A stretch of 64,000 nt of DNA from Alphaproteobacteria bacterium (GCA_965243135.1 OZ251539.1:1568001-1632000), one strand, 5' to 3'; positions 49,967-60,319 are shown, counted from the stretch's first letter. A program made the numbers and translations. Notes: a model not told the origin generated them from the sequence alone.

Positions 49967-50707
49967 CTATTCGGCCGCGATCTCTTCTTTCTTCCAGGGG
50001 ATCGTCTGCGTATCCCGATCGGCGGAAGCGACCTGCTTTACGCTCTGCTGGTTGCCGGGACGGCGATCCGGCGGCGTAACGATGCCGCCGGATACGACCA
50101 TCTTGATTCCTTCTTCGACGGTCATGCTGAGGACGACCAGCTCCCTCCGCGGAATGAAGAGCAGATAGCCGGATGTCGGATTCGGCGTCGTAGGCAGGAA
50201 CACGTTCACGACGTCATCGTGGGTCAGATTCTGAACTTCGCCCTGCGTTTGCCCGGTGATGAAGCCGATGGCCCAGCTGCCTCGCCGCGGGTATTCGAAC
50301 AGGACGACTTGCCGGAACGCGTTCGACTGCTGCTGCAGGATGGTTTCGATGATTTGTTTGACGGCGCCGTAGATGCTGCGAACGACAGGCATCCGGGCGA
50401 GCGCCTTTTCGCTGATGCGCGTCCACAGCCGCCCTACCATTCCGGCGGTCGCCCAGCCGACGAAGGTCAGGGTGATGAAAACGATGACCAGGCCCAGGCC
50501 CGGAACCGCGAACGGCAGATAGGTCTCCGGGTTGTAGGCGGCCGGAAGCAACGGAGTTACCTTGGAATCGACCCAGCGAATCAGCAGCCAGGAGATGTAG
50601 AACGTGATCCCGATCGGCGCCGTCACCAGAATGCCGGCCAGAAAATATCCCCGGAGGTGACTGTAGAAATGCTTTTTTTTCCGGGGGTCGGTCGCCGCGC
50701 CCGCCAT
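49967..50707 (-). CDS. DUF502 family membrane protein
   Basis: YFLAGILV..PI.IT, P.VRSIY...KQ, EYPR, F.PTTPNPTSG. Confidence 0.9.
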   Translation of the reverse strand: MAGAATDPRKKKHFYSHLRGYFLAGILVTAPIGITFYISWLLIRWVDSKVTPLLPAAYNPETYLPFAVPGLGLVIVFITLTFVGWATAGMVGRLWTRISEKALARMPVVRSIYGAVKQIIETILQQQSNAFRQVVLFEYPRRGSWAIGFITGQTQGEVQNLTHDDVVNVFLPTTPNPTSGYLLFIPRRELVVLSMTVEEGIKMVVSGGIVTPPDRRPGNQQSVKQVASADRDTQTIPWKKEEIAAE

Positions 50708-50867
50708 CTGTCGCCCCTCTTCGCAATGCGTCCGACATTGAAGCATTTCCCTTGCCGGCGCAAGTGCGGAACGTTATGCGGAACCGGGCGGAGCGGCGAA
50801 GGACTTGGCCGCCCCGGGCATGTCCGAAGGAGAGTCCTGCGGTGAACGAACCCATCGGCGCGTCCGC

Positions 50868-52523
50868 ATGATCCGAAGAACGCACCTGGCGACCGGGCTG
50901 ATTCTGTTCCTGTTCGTTTGCACTCACCTCGCGAATCATGCGCTGGGCCTGATCTCGTTGCAGGCGATGGAAGACGGACGCGTATGGTTTCTTGCGGTAT
51001 GGCGCGGTCCGGTGGGCTCGGCCGCCCTGATTCTGTCGCTGCTCGTTCATATGTTGCTGGCGGCGTGGGCGCTGTACTCCCGGCGGACGCTCCGCATGCG
51101 CTGGTCCGAGGCGGTCCAGCTGCTGCTCGGATTCTCGGTGCCCGTGCTGCTGGCGGGCCACTTGGTGGGAACCAGGGCGGCGCACGAAATGTTCGGCACC
51201 GACGACTCCTATCTCTACGTCTTGTATGCGCATTGGAAGCTGTTCGGCGCCTCGGTGTACTGGAATACTGCCGGTCTGTACGCCGCGTGGTTGCACGGCT
51301 GCATCGGATTGTATTTCTGGCTGCGCCTGAAGCCAGGATTTTCCGTTTGGCGGCAGCCGGCTTTCGCCTTCGCTCTGCTCGTGCCGGTCGTCGCATGGCT
51401 CGGATATTACGCGGGCGGAAAGGAAGTGCTTGCGCTCGCGGAGCGCAGTCCGGAGGCGTTTCAGGAGGCTTTTCGTTCCCTGCGTCCGCCGGGTCCGAAA
51501 GCGTCCGATCCGATGTCGAACCTGGTTTTCGCCGTTCGCGCGTTCGCGATCGGACTGATCGCGGTTGCGCTCGCCGGACGTCTGGCGCGCGACCGGTTGC
51601 GCCGGGGCAAGCTGATCGGAATCGCGTATCCCGACGGCAGGTCGGCGCGGATCGTTCGCGGGCTCAGCCTTCTCGACGCAAGCCGGCTGCACGGAATCCC
51701 GCATGCCTCGATCTGCGGCGGCCGGGGGCGCTGTTCCACGTGCCGGGTCCGGATCGTCGAGGGAGCGGAGAACCTGCCCCCGCCGTCGCCCGAAGAGACT
51801 CGCGTGCTCGAGCGCGTCGAGGCGCCGCCGCGGGTGCGCCTTGCCTGCCAGGTTCGACCCTCGGGCGACGTCTCGGTTGTGCCTCTCCTGCCGGCGAACG
51901 TTTCGGTCGCGAGCCTCCATGGCAGGAGACGCGACGGTCAGGAACGGGAAATCGTCATTCTGTTCGCCGATCTGCGCTCCTTCACCCAGTTCTCGGAGAA
52001 GAAGTTGCCCTACGACGTCGTCTTCGTTCTCAACCGGTATTTCGCGCACATGGGGCAGGCCGTGGAAGAAGCGGGCGGCCATCTCGACAAGTTTATCGGC
52101 GACGGCGTAATGGCCCTGTTCGGCACCGGCGGCGGGATCGGGGACGCGGCGCGCAGCGCGCTGACCGCTGCGAGGCTCATGTCCGTCAAGCTTGCCGACC
52201 TTAATTCGCAACTGGCGAACGAGCTCGATGAACCCTTGCGGATCGGCATCGGCGTCCATGCCGGACCTGCGATCATCGGGGACATGGGATACGGGCCGGC
52301 CGTCGGGCTGACGGCGATCGGCGACAGCGTCAACACTGCCAGCCGCCTCGAGGGTTTAACCAAGGAGCTGGAGGCGCAGCTCGTATTTTCGCATGCCGTC
52401 GCCGTTCTGTCCGGTATCGATACGGCGGAGCTTTCGGCTCACGACGTATTGATCCGGGGGCGCGAAGACCCGCTGAGGGTGTTTTCGATCGCAGACGCCT
52501 CGACTCTCGGGCTTTCGCCGTGA
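50868..52523 (+). CDS. Membrane adenylate/guanylate cyclase with a 2Fe-2S domain (CyaC-like)
   Basis: His-containing TM region, CGGRGRCSTC..RLACQ ferredoxin, FADLRSFT, DKFIGDG, IGDSVNTASRLE. Confidence 0.92.
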   Translation: MIRRTHLATGLILFLFVCTHLANHALGLISLQAMEDGRVWFLAVWRGPVGSAALILSLLVHMLLAAWALYSRRTLRMRWSEAVQLLLGFSVPVLLAGHLVGTRAAHEMFGTDDSYLYVLYAHWKLFGASVYWNTAGLYAAWLHGCIGLYFWLRLKPGFSVWRQPAFAFALLVPVVAWLGYYAGGKEVLALAERSPEAFQEAFRSLRPPGPKASDPMSNLVFAVRAFAIGLIAVALAGRLARDRLRRGKLIGIAYPDGRSARIVRGLSLLDASRLHGIPHASICGGRGRCSTCRVRIVEGAENLPPPSPEETRVLERVEAPPRVRLACQVRPSGDVSVVPLLPANVSVASLHGRRRDGQEREIVILFADLRSFTQFSEKKLPYDVVFVLNRYFAHMGQAVEEAGGHLDKFIGDGVMALFGTGGGIGDAARSALTAARLMSVKLADLNSQLANELDEPLRIGIGVHAGPAIIGDMGYGPAVGLTAIGDSVNTASRLEGLTKELEAQLVFSHAVAVLSGIDTAELSAHDVLIRGREDPLRVFSIADASTLGLSP

Positions 52524-52584
52524 GGCGCGGGGTTCTTTTGGCGGGCAAGGCGCGGAGCCGGCCTGCCGGAAGTCGGGGCGGAGG

Positions 52585-53238
52585 TCACGCTCCGGACGAC
52601 CGGTCGGGCTGGGCATCACGGTTGGCGAGATCGAAGACCTGAACGAATACTTCCGGCGACTGGACGCCGGAAATGGCGTACTTGCGGTTGAATATGAAGC
52701 TTGGCACTCCGTTCACGCCGAGTTGCCGGGCCAGCCGGTCCTCCGCGGCGACCTTGTCGAGATCGCGGTCGCTTTCCAGATATTCCAGCGCTTCGCCATG
52801 GTCGAGACCGGCTCTCCGCCCGACGCCCGCGAGTTCCCGCTTGTCGCCGATGTCGCATCCTTTCGTGAAATAGGCGTCGAAAAGGGCGTCGACCACGGGC
52901 GTCTGAAGATCGTATTCCGCCGCGAAACGCACAAGCCTGTGCGAATCCAATGTATTAGGAATTCTCTCTATTAAACTGAAAAGAAAATGAATTCCTTCTT
53001 CTCTTCCGATGCGCACGATCCCTTTGTGCATGCGCCGCGCGCGTTCCGAACCGCCGAATTTCCGTTCGATGTATTCCCGACGATCCATTCCGCCCGGCGG
53101 CATCTGCGGATTGAGTTGGAACGCCCGCCAGCCGACCTCGAGATCGGCCTGGGGGCGCAACCCGAGCGCTCGCTCGAAACGCTTCTTGCCCACGTAACAC
53201 CATGGGCAGATCGTATCGACAATGATATCGACCTTCAT
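52585..53238 (-). CDS. DsbA/FrnE-family oxidoreductase
   Basis: D.ICPWCYVG, FQLNP, GVNGVP.F, SG.Q. Confidence 0.92.
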   Translation of the reverse strand: MKVDIIVDTICPWCYVGKKRFERALGLRPQADLEVGWRAFQLNPQMPPGGMDRREYIERKFGGSERARRMHKGIVRIGREEGIHFLFSLIERIPNTLDSHRLVRFAAEYDLQTPVVDALFDAYFTKGCDIGDKRELAGVGRRAGLDHGEALEYLESDRDLDKVAAEDRLARQLGVNGVPSFIFNRKYAISGVQSPEVFVQVFDLANRDAQPDRSSGA

Positions 53239-53404
53239 GCGAGGCCTTTTTCAGCCGTGCCGGCGCGTGCCGAAACGCGTTTCTCGGGCGTTTTCGTCCG
53301 TGCGGAAGCATAACGGCGCATTCGCTCAGGTCAACGAAACGGAGCGGGCGAGGCGCCGGCCGGTTCCGGCCACGCTGCCGCCGGCCGCGCGCCGCGCCGC
53401 AGGT

Positions 53405-54622
53405 TCAGTCGCCGTTCCTTTTGCGCACGGCGACGAAAGTGAGACATGCCGCGCCGATGAAGCATGCGCAGACCCACATGACCCAGTTTCCGCCTGCGTT
53501 GTCCATCACGTATCCGAGTATGAGGGGAATCAGCGCGCCGCCAAGGTTGGAACCGGTGGAGGCGAACCCCATCACCTTGCCCATGGAGCCCGAAGGCGTG
53601 ATCGAGCGCAGCAGAAGATCGCGAGACGGGATCAGCAATCCGATCAGAAATCCCGCGGCTCCCAGCAGGGCGATCAGCAAGCCTCCCGCGGGACTGGCCC
53701 AGCCGAGAAGCGAGACCAGCAACGCGGCGGGAACGAGGGTCGCGACCGCCGTCGTCATGCGGGGTCCGAACCGGTCGGCGACGAACCCGCCGGAAAGAAT
53801 CCCGGCGACGGAGCCCAGGATGAACGCGCTCAGCGCCGACGCGGCGAGGAAAGCCGGCGTGCCGTGCATGTCGCCGAGCGCCGCCACGAGAAAGCTGCGA
53901 ACGCCGCCGCTGCCCATCTGGTGAAGCACGAAGTAGAGCGCGCACATCAGGACAGGCAGCGAAAACAGCAACTTGAGGCCGCCGCCGGCCGATTTCCCGG
54001 CGGGGTCGGCCGGGCGTTTTTCCGTGACGTTTTCCTGGAGCGTCGCGGCCTGCAGGACCAGCGGCAGCGTGGCGATCAGGCCGACGATTCCGATCAGAAG
54101 GAAGGCGGCGCGCCAGTGCCACAGAGCCGCGACGCCCGTCATGAATACGGCGGACAGCGCGAAGCCGGCGTATCCGGTCGCCGAATGGATCGAGAACGCG
54201 CGGCCCATGCGGCGCTCGCTGATGCGAGCCGAGAGTATGGCGTAGTCGGCCGGGTGGAATACGGTATGCCCGACGCCGGCGAGGGCGGCGAGCGCGACCA
54301 GTTGCCAATAGGCCGTGGCTACGCCGAACATGCCTATCGCGGTCGCCTCCATCGCCAGGCCGGCGATCAGCACGGAACGGGCCCCGACGCGGTCGACGAC
54401 GAAGCCTACCGGCGTCTGAAAGGCGAACGTCGCAATGGCGAAAACCGAAGTAAGGAACGCCGCCTTGGTATACGCGAAGTCGCCGGTCAGGTTGAAGGCG
54501 GCGATCAGAACCGGATACATCGGCGGGATGGCCATCCAGTAGGCGTGGCTCATCATATGCGGAAAGCAAACCAGGCTTATGACCTTGATATCCTGGTCGA
54601 GGCCTTGGGAAATCCGCGCCAT
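53405..54622 (-). CDS. MFS transporter
   Basis: About 12 TM segments, G.VVDRVG motif A, FHPAD, GG..ADRFG. Confidence 0.9.
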   Translation of the reverse strand: MARISQGLDQDIKVISLVCFPHMMSHAYWMAIPPMYPVLIAAFNLTGDFAYTKAAFLTSVFAIATFAFQTPVGFVVDRVGARSVLIAGLAMEATAIGMFGVATAYWQLVALAALAGVGHTVFHPADYAILSARISERRMGRAFSIHSATGYAGFALSAVFMTGVAALWHWRAAFLLIGIVGLIATLPLVLQAATLQENVTEKRPADPAGKSAGGGLKLLFSLPVLMCALYFVLHQMGSGGVRSFLVAALGDMHGTPAFLAASALSAFILGSVAGILSGGFVADRFGPRMTTAVATLVPAALLVSLLGWASPAGGLLIALLGAAGFLIGLLIPSRDLLLRSITPSGSMGKVMGFASTGSNLGGALIPLILGYVMDNAGGNWVMWVCACFIGAACLTFVAVRKRNGD

Positions 54623-54771
54623 GCGATCCGGTCCGTTTGTCGGTTCCGCTCGCGACGCTTGAAGGCGCGCGGTTGCGGAACCGGCGTGGGCGACACTCGC
54701 GAATGGGTTCGTATACAATTCCGAGCGTCCGAAGGCTATAAGGCGGCGCGGTCGTTTCGCAGGAGGGGCGA

Positions 54772-55518
54772 ATGGGAAGGTACGGCAAGGAAGCCGCGGA
54801 AGGCGTGGTCGCGCTGCGCGAGGCGTGGCACACGAAAGACCATCCGTTCTACCTCGACTTCTTTCACGGAAAGATCGGGCTGGAACCGATGGCGAGACTG
54901 ATGGCTCAGCATTACCAGCATGTCAGGCGGGTTCTGCCGAGCCTGGGCGTCGTCTACTACAAGTCTCCGCCCGAGGCGCGCCGGTTCGTGCTCGAGAATC
55001 TGGCCGAGGAGGAGGGGATGGTCGCCGGGCCCGGCGAAGGGCGCGAGGCCCACGACCACATGGAATTGATATTCCGTTTCTGCCGGGCCGCCGGCATTCC
55101 CGACGAAGAGGTGAGGGCGACCGAACAGCTGCCGGCCTGGCGGGCGCGCTCGTATTTCTACCTGAACGTGGTTCACGATGCGCCGCCCGGCGTGATCTTG
55201 GCCATGCAATGCACCCAGGAAGGCCAGCAGCCCGCCATCAATGCGGAACGCACCTTGCCGGCTTTTCGGAAATTTCACGGGTACGCGCCGGAATCCCCGG
55301 AGATCGAATTCTTTACGGAGCACGAGGTGGCCGACGCCGATCATTCGAGCCGCCAACTGCAGCTCGTCGAAAAACTGATCGCGTCGGCGGAAGAACGGGA
55401 CCAGGCGCTCGAGGTCGCCGAAACGCAGGTCAAGACCCGGTGGGCATGCATGAACGATCTGTACAGAACGGTGGTTATGGGGCAGAGCGACCCGCTTCCG
55501 AAAAGCGTCGCCGGCTGA
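54772..55518 (+). CDS. Heme-oxygenase-like diiron enzyme (PqqC/CADD/TenA fold)
   Basis: ENLAEEEG...H, QEGQ, FFTEHEVADADH (H-x3-D-x2-H). Confidence 0.8.
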   Translation: MGRYGKEAAEGVVALREAWHTKDHPFYLDFFHGKIGLEPMARLMAQHYQHVRRVLPSLGVVYYKSPPEARRFVLENLAEEEGMVAGPGEGREAHDHMELIFRFCRAAGIPDEEVRATEQLPAWRARSYFYLNVVHDAPPGVILAMQCTQEGQQPAINAERTLPAFRKFHGYAPESPEIEFFTEHEVADADHSSRQLQLVEKLIASAEERDQALEVAETQVKTRWACMNDLYRTVVMGQSDPLPKSVAG

Positions 55519-55759
55519 AGCGCACGTGAAATCCGCGCAGCGCGAGAACGCGGCAGGGCCGGCCGACTCTTTCCGCCGGAGACGCCGTATGGTTGTCGAA
55601 CGCCTGCTGCGCGCCGGCATTTTCCTGCATGGGAGCGCCTTGTCTCCGGGGCGATCCGCCGGTTCGCGTTGCGCGTCGCGTCGCCGAAACAAGCGCGCTT
55701 GACCGGTTCCGTCCCCGCGATTCGGGCCATCGCCCGGAATTGGCGTTATCCTTGCAGGC

Positions 55760-56515
55760 ATGTGCGGACGCTTCACTCAACGCTATGCTTGGCGGGAAGC
55801 CGACGAGTTCCTGGACCTGCTCGGACCGGCGCAGAATCTTCAGCCTCGCTACAACGTTGCGCCGAACCAGGATGTCGCGGCAGTGCGGAAAAACGACGAA
55901 GGCCGTCGGCTTTCGATGCTCCGCTGGGGTCTCATTCCGCGTTGGGCCAGCGATCCGAAGATCGGCTCCAGGCTTATCAACGCCCGCGCCGAGACGGCGG
56001 AAAGCAAACCTTCGTTCCGGGAAGCCTATCGCTCCAGACGCTGCCTCATTCCCGCCGACGGATTTTATGAATGGAAGCCGGAAGGCGGGAAAAAGCAGCC
56101 ATACTTGATACGCAGAAAGGACGGAGGCCTGATGGCGTTCGCGGGGTTATGGGAAGAGTGGCGACCGCCGGGGCCGTTAGCGGGTTGCCGCCTTGGGGAT
56201 ACCGTCGAAACCTGCACGGTTCTGACGATGGAAGCGAACGAAGCCGTCTCCCGGGTTCATCACCGCATGCCGGTCATTCTCGACCCGGACGGGTTCGATC
56301 CATGGCTTGCAGGCCGCTCGGCGCCTTTGGCTGCCTGCCCCTCGGACGGGCTGGAAATCTATCCGGTGAGCACCCTGGTCAACGATGCCGGAAACGAAGG
56401 GCGGGAATGCGTCGAGCGCCTCGATTCGGCAGCGGCCAAGGGCGATCGCCAGCGCGACGCGGGTCGCGCGGCAACGCGACAGTCCGTCTGTCCGGCAACC
56501 GGTTTTCTTTTCTGA
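55760..56515 (+). CDS. SRAP (SOS response-associated peptidase, YedK-like)
   Basis: MCGRF N-terminus, RYNVAP, RWGLIP, INARAET, RCLIPADGFYEW, HHRMPVIL. Confidence 0.93.
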   Translation: MCGRFTQRYAWREADEFLDLLGPAQNLQPRYNVAPNQDVAAVRKNDEGRRLSMLRWGLIPRWASDPKIGSRLINARAETAESKPSFREAYRSRRCLIPADGFYEWKPEGGKKQPYLIRRKDGGLMAFAGLWEEWRPPGPLAGCRLGDTVETCTVLTMEANEAVSRVHHRMPVILDPDGFDPWLAGRSAPLAACPSDGLEIYPVSTLVNDAGNEGRECVERLDSAAAKGDRQRDAGRAATRQSVCPATGFLF

Positions 56516-56651
56516 ATGCGTCCGGGCCCGGCCGTTCCGGGCGGAAGCGCCTCTTCGTATTTCCGCGCCGTTGCCCAGTCCGGGAATCGCGGCGGCCGCA
56601 GAGCGAAGCCCTGAAACCACATGCCTCCCGCCGACGGGTTTTCGAGCGGAC

Positions 56652-57572
56652 TCAGGAAGCCTTCGCCGCGGGTCGCTCCGCGCCGGCGCGGTCGGATCGG
56701 AAATTCGCGGGAGGCGGGCAGGCGGCCGCATACCAGTCGGCGATCCGGCGGCCGGTGACGAAGACGGCGTCGTCCCGGGCCTGCAGCAGATCCAGCATGC
56801 GTTCGAGGTAGGCGAACCGGTGCGGGACCCCGATCAGATGGGGGTGCAGCGCGAGGGTGAGCACCCGAGGCTGCGATTCCCTCTCGAAAACGGCGAGCGT
56901 GTCGACCAGCCGGTCGTGCATTTCGGACGAATGCTGGCGTTCGACGGCGTAGATCGGGCTGTCGTTGAGTTCCAGCGTGTAGGGCAGGGAAAGAAGCGGC
57001 CCGTGGGCCGTCTTCATCCAGCAGGGCAGATCGTCGAGCACCCAGTCGAACACGTATTCGATCCCCAGATCCTTAAGAATGTCCGGGGTTTCGAAGGTCT
57101 CCTTGAGGCCGGGTCCCAACCATCCGCTTGGCCGCCGACCGGTGAATTCCTCGATCGTCCCGAGCGCAAGCGCGATGACCGCCGGTTCGTCGCCTTCGCC
57201 CTGAATGGATTTTTGATGAACGCCGTGGCCGACGAACTCCCATCCGGCGTCGCGCATGGCCTCCGCGCAGGAGGGATACGCTTCGATCGCGCTCGCGTTC
57301 AGAGCTGCGCTCGCGGACAGGCCGCGGCTGGCGAAACAGTCGAGCAGACGCGGCATCCCGGCGCGCATTCCGTATTCGGCCCAGCAGAAGTTGGGGACGT
57401 CGGGAATCTGTTCCAGCCCGTGCGGCGCGGTAATGTATTTCCTCGGCATGTTCCGGTCGAACGGCCAGTGCTCAACGTTGACGACGACGTGAACGATCAG
57501 GGATTTGCCGTCCGGCCCCGCCAGCGGCGGCCGCTCGCTGGACATCTGGTAGGGAATGCGCGGATTGCTCAC
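56652..57572 (-). CDS. Polysaccharide deacetylase / PuuE-like hydrolase
   Basis: VNVEHW, EYG.RAG..R, WEFVGHG, GWLGPGL.E, DDLP, PY..E.ND, LHPHLIG.PHR. Confidence 0.85.
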   Translation of the reverse strand: MSNPRIPYQMSSERPPLAGPDGKSLIVHVVVNVEHWPFDRNMPRKYITAPHGLEQIPDVPNFCWAEYGMRAGMPRLLDCFASRGLSASAALNASAIEAYPSCAEAMRDAGWEFVGHGVHQKSIQGEGDEPAVIALALGTIEEFTGRRPSGWLGPGLKETFETPDILKDLGIEYVFDWVLDDLPCWMKTAHGPLLSLPYTLELNDSPIYAVERQHSSEMHDRLVDTLAVFERESQPRVLTLALHPHLIGVPHRFAYLERMLDLLQARDDAVFVTGRRIADWYAAACPPPANFRSDRAGAERPAAKAS

Positions 57573-57707
57573 GATGACGTCGTCCCGCTGTTCGCGTCCG
57601 AAATATAGCGCCGTAAACGGCCCGCGGCGACCTTGCGCCGAATGCGCCGTTTGCGCGGCGGCTCTCCAGCGCTATAGTCCGTCATCGCCGCCGTCATGGA
57701 GGAAACG

Positions 57708-58583
57708 ATGCCCAAGTTCGTCATCTCGCCGCATATGCGGCTCCAGGAATGGGTCGCCCACGAAAAGGACTACTTCGCGCAGGAAGGCCTTGATTACGAG
57801 TTTCGGGCGGCGCTCGATTCCACCGAAGCCAAGCGCCACGATCTCGGCGAGAAGGTGGGCGCATACCAGACCTTCGAACGCGGACGAAGCTGCGACGTGA
57901 GTTCCGCCTGCCACTGGACCGTCAACATGGCCGCGGGGGCGGGCCACGGCCTTCTGTACGCGGAAGCCTATTCGGTGGCGCCGGGCGGAATCTTCGTTCG
58001 TCCGGATTCGGACGTCGAGAAACCCGAGGACCTTGCGGGCCTGCCGATTTCCGTCGGCTACCAGTCGGGCAGCCACTACTCCACGATCGAGGCGCTCGAC
58101 ATGTTCCTCGAACCCGATCAGATCAACCTTTCGTTCGGCGACGGCCTGGTGTTCAGCCGCATGGAGAGGCTGATCGACGGCGGAGCGCCTGCCGTCAACG
58201 TATTCAGCGGCCCGATGTATTTTCTGGAGCAACTCGGTTTCCGCAAGGTGGTCGACACCAGCTTCATGATGGCCGCGATGGTCGACGAGGACGCGGACAT
58301 GGGCGACGTGGCAAAGTACTTCAAGGCGCTGCGGCGGGCGCAGGCGGATATCGACCTCCACGCTCACCGCCATACGCACCATTACAGAAATGAGTTCCCG
58401 AAGCGTTTCCACGATCGCATGGATACGCGGCTGTTCGGTCCCGGCGAGCGGATCGTCTTCGAGCCCTATTCCGACGGCATCGCGGAAGAAACCAGGAAGT
58501 GGGTGGTCGAGCGCGGCATTTTCCCCGAAGGTGATCCGGTGGTGCGCGCCTACGAGGCGAGCACGGCCCGCGCCACGGCGTAA
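57708..58583 (+). CDS. Periplasmic-binding-protein-fold protein (NitT/TauT-like) with no signal peptide
   Basis: WVA.EK.YF..EGLDYE, PEDLAG.PI.VG..SGSHY; GGAGG SD before ATG 57708 (alternative start 57696). Confidence 0.75.
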   Translation: MPKFVISPHMRLQEWVAHEKDYFAQEGLDYEFRAALDSTEAKRHDLGEKVGAYQTFERGRSCDVSSACHWTVNMAAGAGHGLLYAEAYSVAPGGIFVRPDSDVEKPEDLAGLPISVGYQSGSHYSTIEALDMFLEPDQINLSFGDGLVFSRMERLIDGGAPAVNVFSGPMYFLEQLGFRKVVDTSFMMAAMVDEDADMGDVAKYFKALRRAQADIDLHAHRHTHHYRNEFPKRFHDRMDTRLFGPGERIVFEPYSDGIAEETRKWVVERGIFPEGDPVVRAYEASTARATA

Positions 58584-58594
58584 GGCTTCGGCGC

Positions 58595-59542
58595 TCAGGA
58601 GGGCAGGTAGAGCAGGGCCTCCGGCATGGCGCCTCCGGCGTGGAAACCGCCGCCGGTCGCCCGGCCCTCCGCAAGATCGATTTCGACGACGTCGCCGTTG
58701 GCGAGAGCGACGAAGGCGTGCCGGCCGTCCCGCGCCTCGAGGACGTGAAACGGCTCGGCCGGCACCTCGACGATCCGCCGCTCTTGCAGGTTCGAGCCGT
58801 CCAGCAATTCGACGAAACCCAGGTCTCGCCGCTCGTCGTAGGTGGTGACGACGACGAGCCTGCCGTCGAGGGCGTTGAAGGGCCAGCCGGGCACGCCGGC
58901 GAGCGCGACGGTCTGCGTCAGGACCCGCTCGGCGAGGTCGATCACGTGCAGCAAGGGACGGTGGAAGTCTCCGACGTAGAGTTTTCCGCCGTCGGGCGAG
59001 ACGCGAATCGCTTGCGCGCCGACCGGCAGCGGAATGCGCGCCGCGACGCGCTTGGAGGCTACGTCGACTTCCGTGATGACGGGATATTCCTTCGCCGAGA
59101 AATAGACCGTGGCCCCGTCGGGCGCGGCGGCGAGGAAATGTCCCGGCACCTCGAGCCAGATCGTTCGCTCGATTTCGCGGGCGTCGGGATCGATCACGAG
59201 GACGCACCGGTTGGGGTCGACGGTCACCCAGAGCTTGCCGTCGCGGTCGGTCAGCATCGCGTGCGGGCCGACGTACAGGCCGAGATCCATGTGCCCGTCG
59301 AACGTCATCTTGCGCAGGTCGACGATCCCGAGCCGGTTGTCGGGTTTGTTGGGTCCGTAATCCCTGTCGCCGTAGAGCGAGACGAAAGCGCGCCCGCCGT
59401 CCGCCGTTAACGCGATTTCGTGGGGCTTGGCGACATCCTTCTCGCCGACGGGGATCGTCGCCACGATTTTTCCGGTCGCCGCGTCGATGGCGGTGAGGCT
59501 GACGTTCTCCTTGACCGTAGCGATGATCAGGTCGTCCCGCAT
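58595..59542 (-). CDS. YVTN-like beta-propeller protein
   Basis: Repeated ID....V..TIPVG / PH...DG..YV blades. Confidence 0.75.
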   Translation of the reverse strand: MRDDLIIATVKENVSLTAIDAATGKIVATIPVGEKDVAKPHEIALTADGGRAFVSLYGDRDYGPNKPDNRLGIVDLRKMTFDGHMDLGLYVGPHAMLTDRDGKLWVTVDPNRCVLVIDPDAREIERTIWLEVPGHFLAAAPDGATVYFSAKEYPVITEVDVASKRVAARIPLPVGAQAIRVSPDGGKLYVGDFHRPLLHVIDLAERVLTQTVALAGVPGWPFNALDGRLVVVTTYDERRDLGFVELLDGSNLQERRIVEVPAEPFHVLEARDGRHAFVALANGDVVEIDLAEGRATGGGFHAGGAMPEALLYLPS

Positions 59543-59611
59543 GCCGGTTCTCCGTGCTTGGCAGTTTCGTTACCATGCGCCCGAAATCGGGGATCGGCAA
59601 ATGGAGGAAGC

Positions 59612-60163
59612 ATGCCCAGACCAGTTCGCCGGGTCGTGACGGGACACGACGGGGACGGCAAAGCGGTCGTCGTGATGGACGGTCCCGCGCCGAACGTCGT
59701 TACGTCGCGGCATCGCCCCGGGGCGAGAACGAATTTGTGGCGCACGGCCTCGATGCCCGCCTCTTTCGCGGAAAAGCGGGACGAGGCGGCGGCGGACGTG
59801 AAGTTCGCGCTGGAGCCGCTCGCGAACGGAACCAACTTCCGGATTTCCGAGTATCCTCCGGAAACCGAAGCGGACGGCGGAATCGACGGGGAGAAGGCCT
59901 TCGCCGAAGTCGGCGCCGCCCACCGGATCGTGAAGGGCGCTCGCCATCCCTTCATGCATCGCACGGACACGGTAGATTACGCGATCGTGCTGGAAGGCGA
60001 GATCGCGCTGTTGCTGGACGAGGAGGACGTCAACCTCAAGGCGGGCGACGTGGTCATACAGCGCGGCACCAACCATGCGTGGGCGAACAGGTCGGACAAG
60101 CTGTGCCGGATCGCGTTCATTCTGATCGACGCCGCCGACCGCGGCGGCCGCGAACCGTCCTGA
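59612..60163 (+). CDS. Cupin-domain protein
   Basis: RRVVTGHD..GKAV, MHRTDTVDYAIVLEGE, GDVVIQRGTNHAW.N. Confidence 0.9.
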   Translation: MPRPVRRVVTGHDGDGKAVVVMDGPAPNVVTSRHRPGARTNLWRTASMPASFAEKRDEAAADVKFALEPLANGTNFRISEYPPETEADGGIDGEKAFAEVGAAHRIVKGARHPFMHRTDTVDYAIVLEGEIALLLDEEDVNLKAGDVVIQRGTNHAWANRSDKLCRIAFILIDAADRGGREPS

Positions 60164-60319
60164 ACGATTTCGGCGGCTTTCGCGCCGCCGTCGTCCGGGG
60201 TTTTCCGGCCGTCGCGGGATTCGCGCGGGCGCGCTGTCCCTTGCGGCGTCCGAAATCGTCGGCGAAGGCGGCCCCTTTGCCGCGTCCGCGACGCCGCAGG
60301 GAATGGTCTTCCGGAGGCG

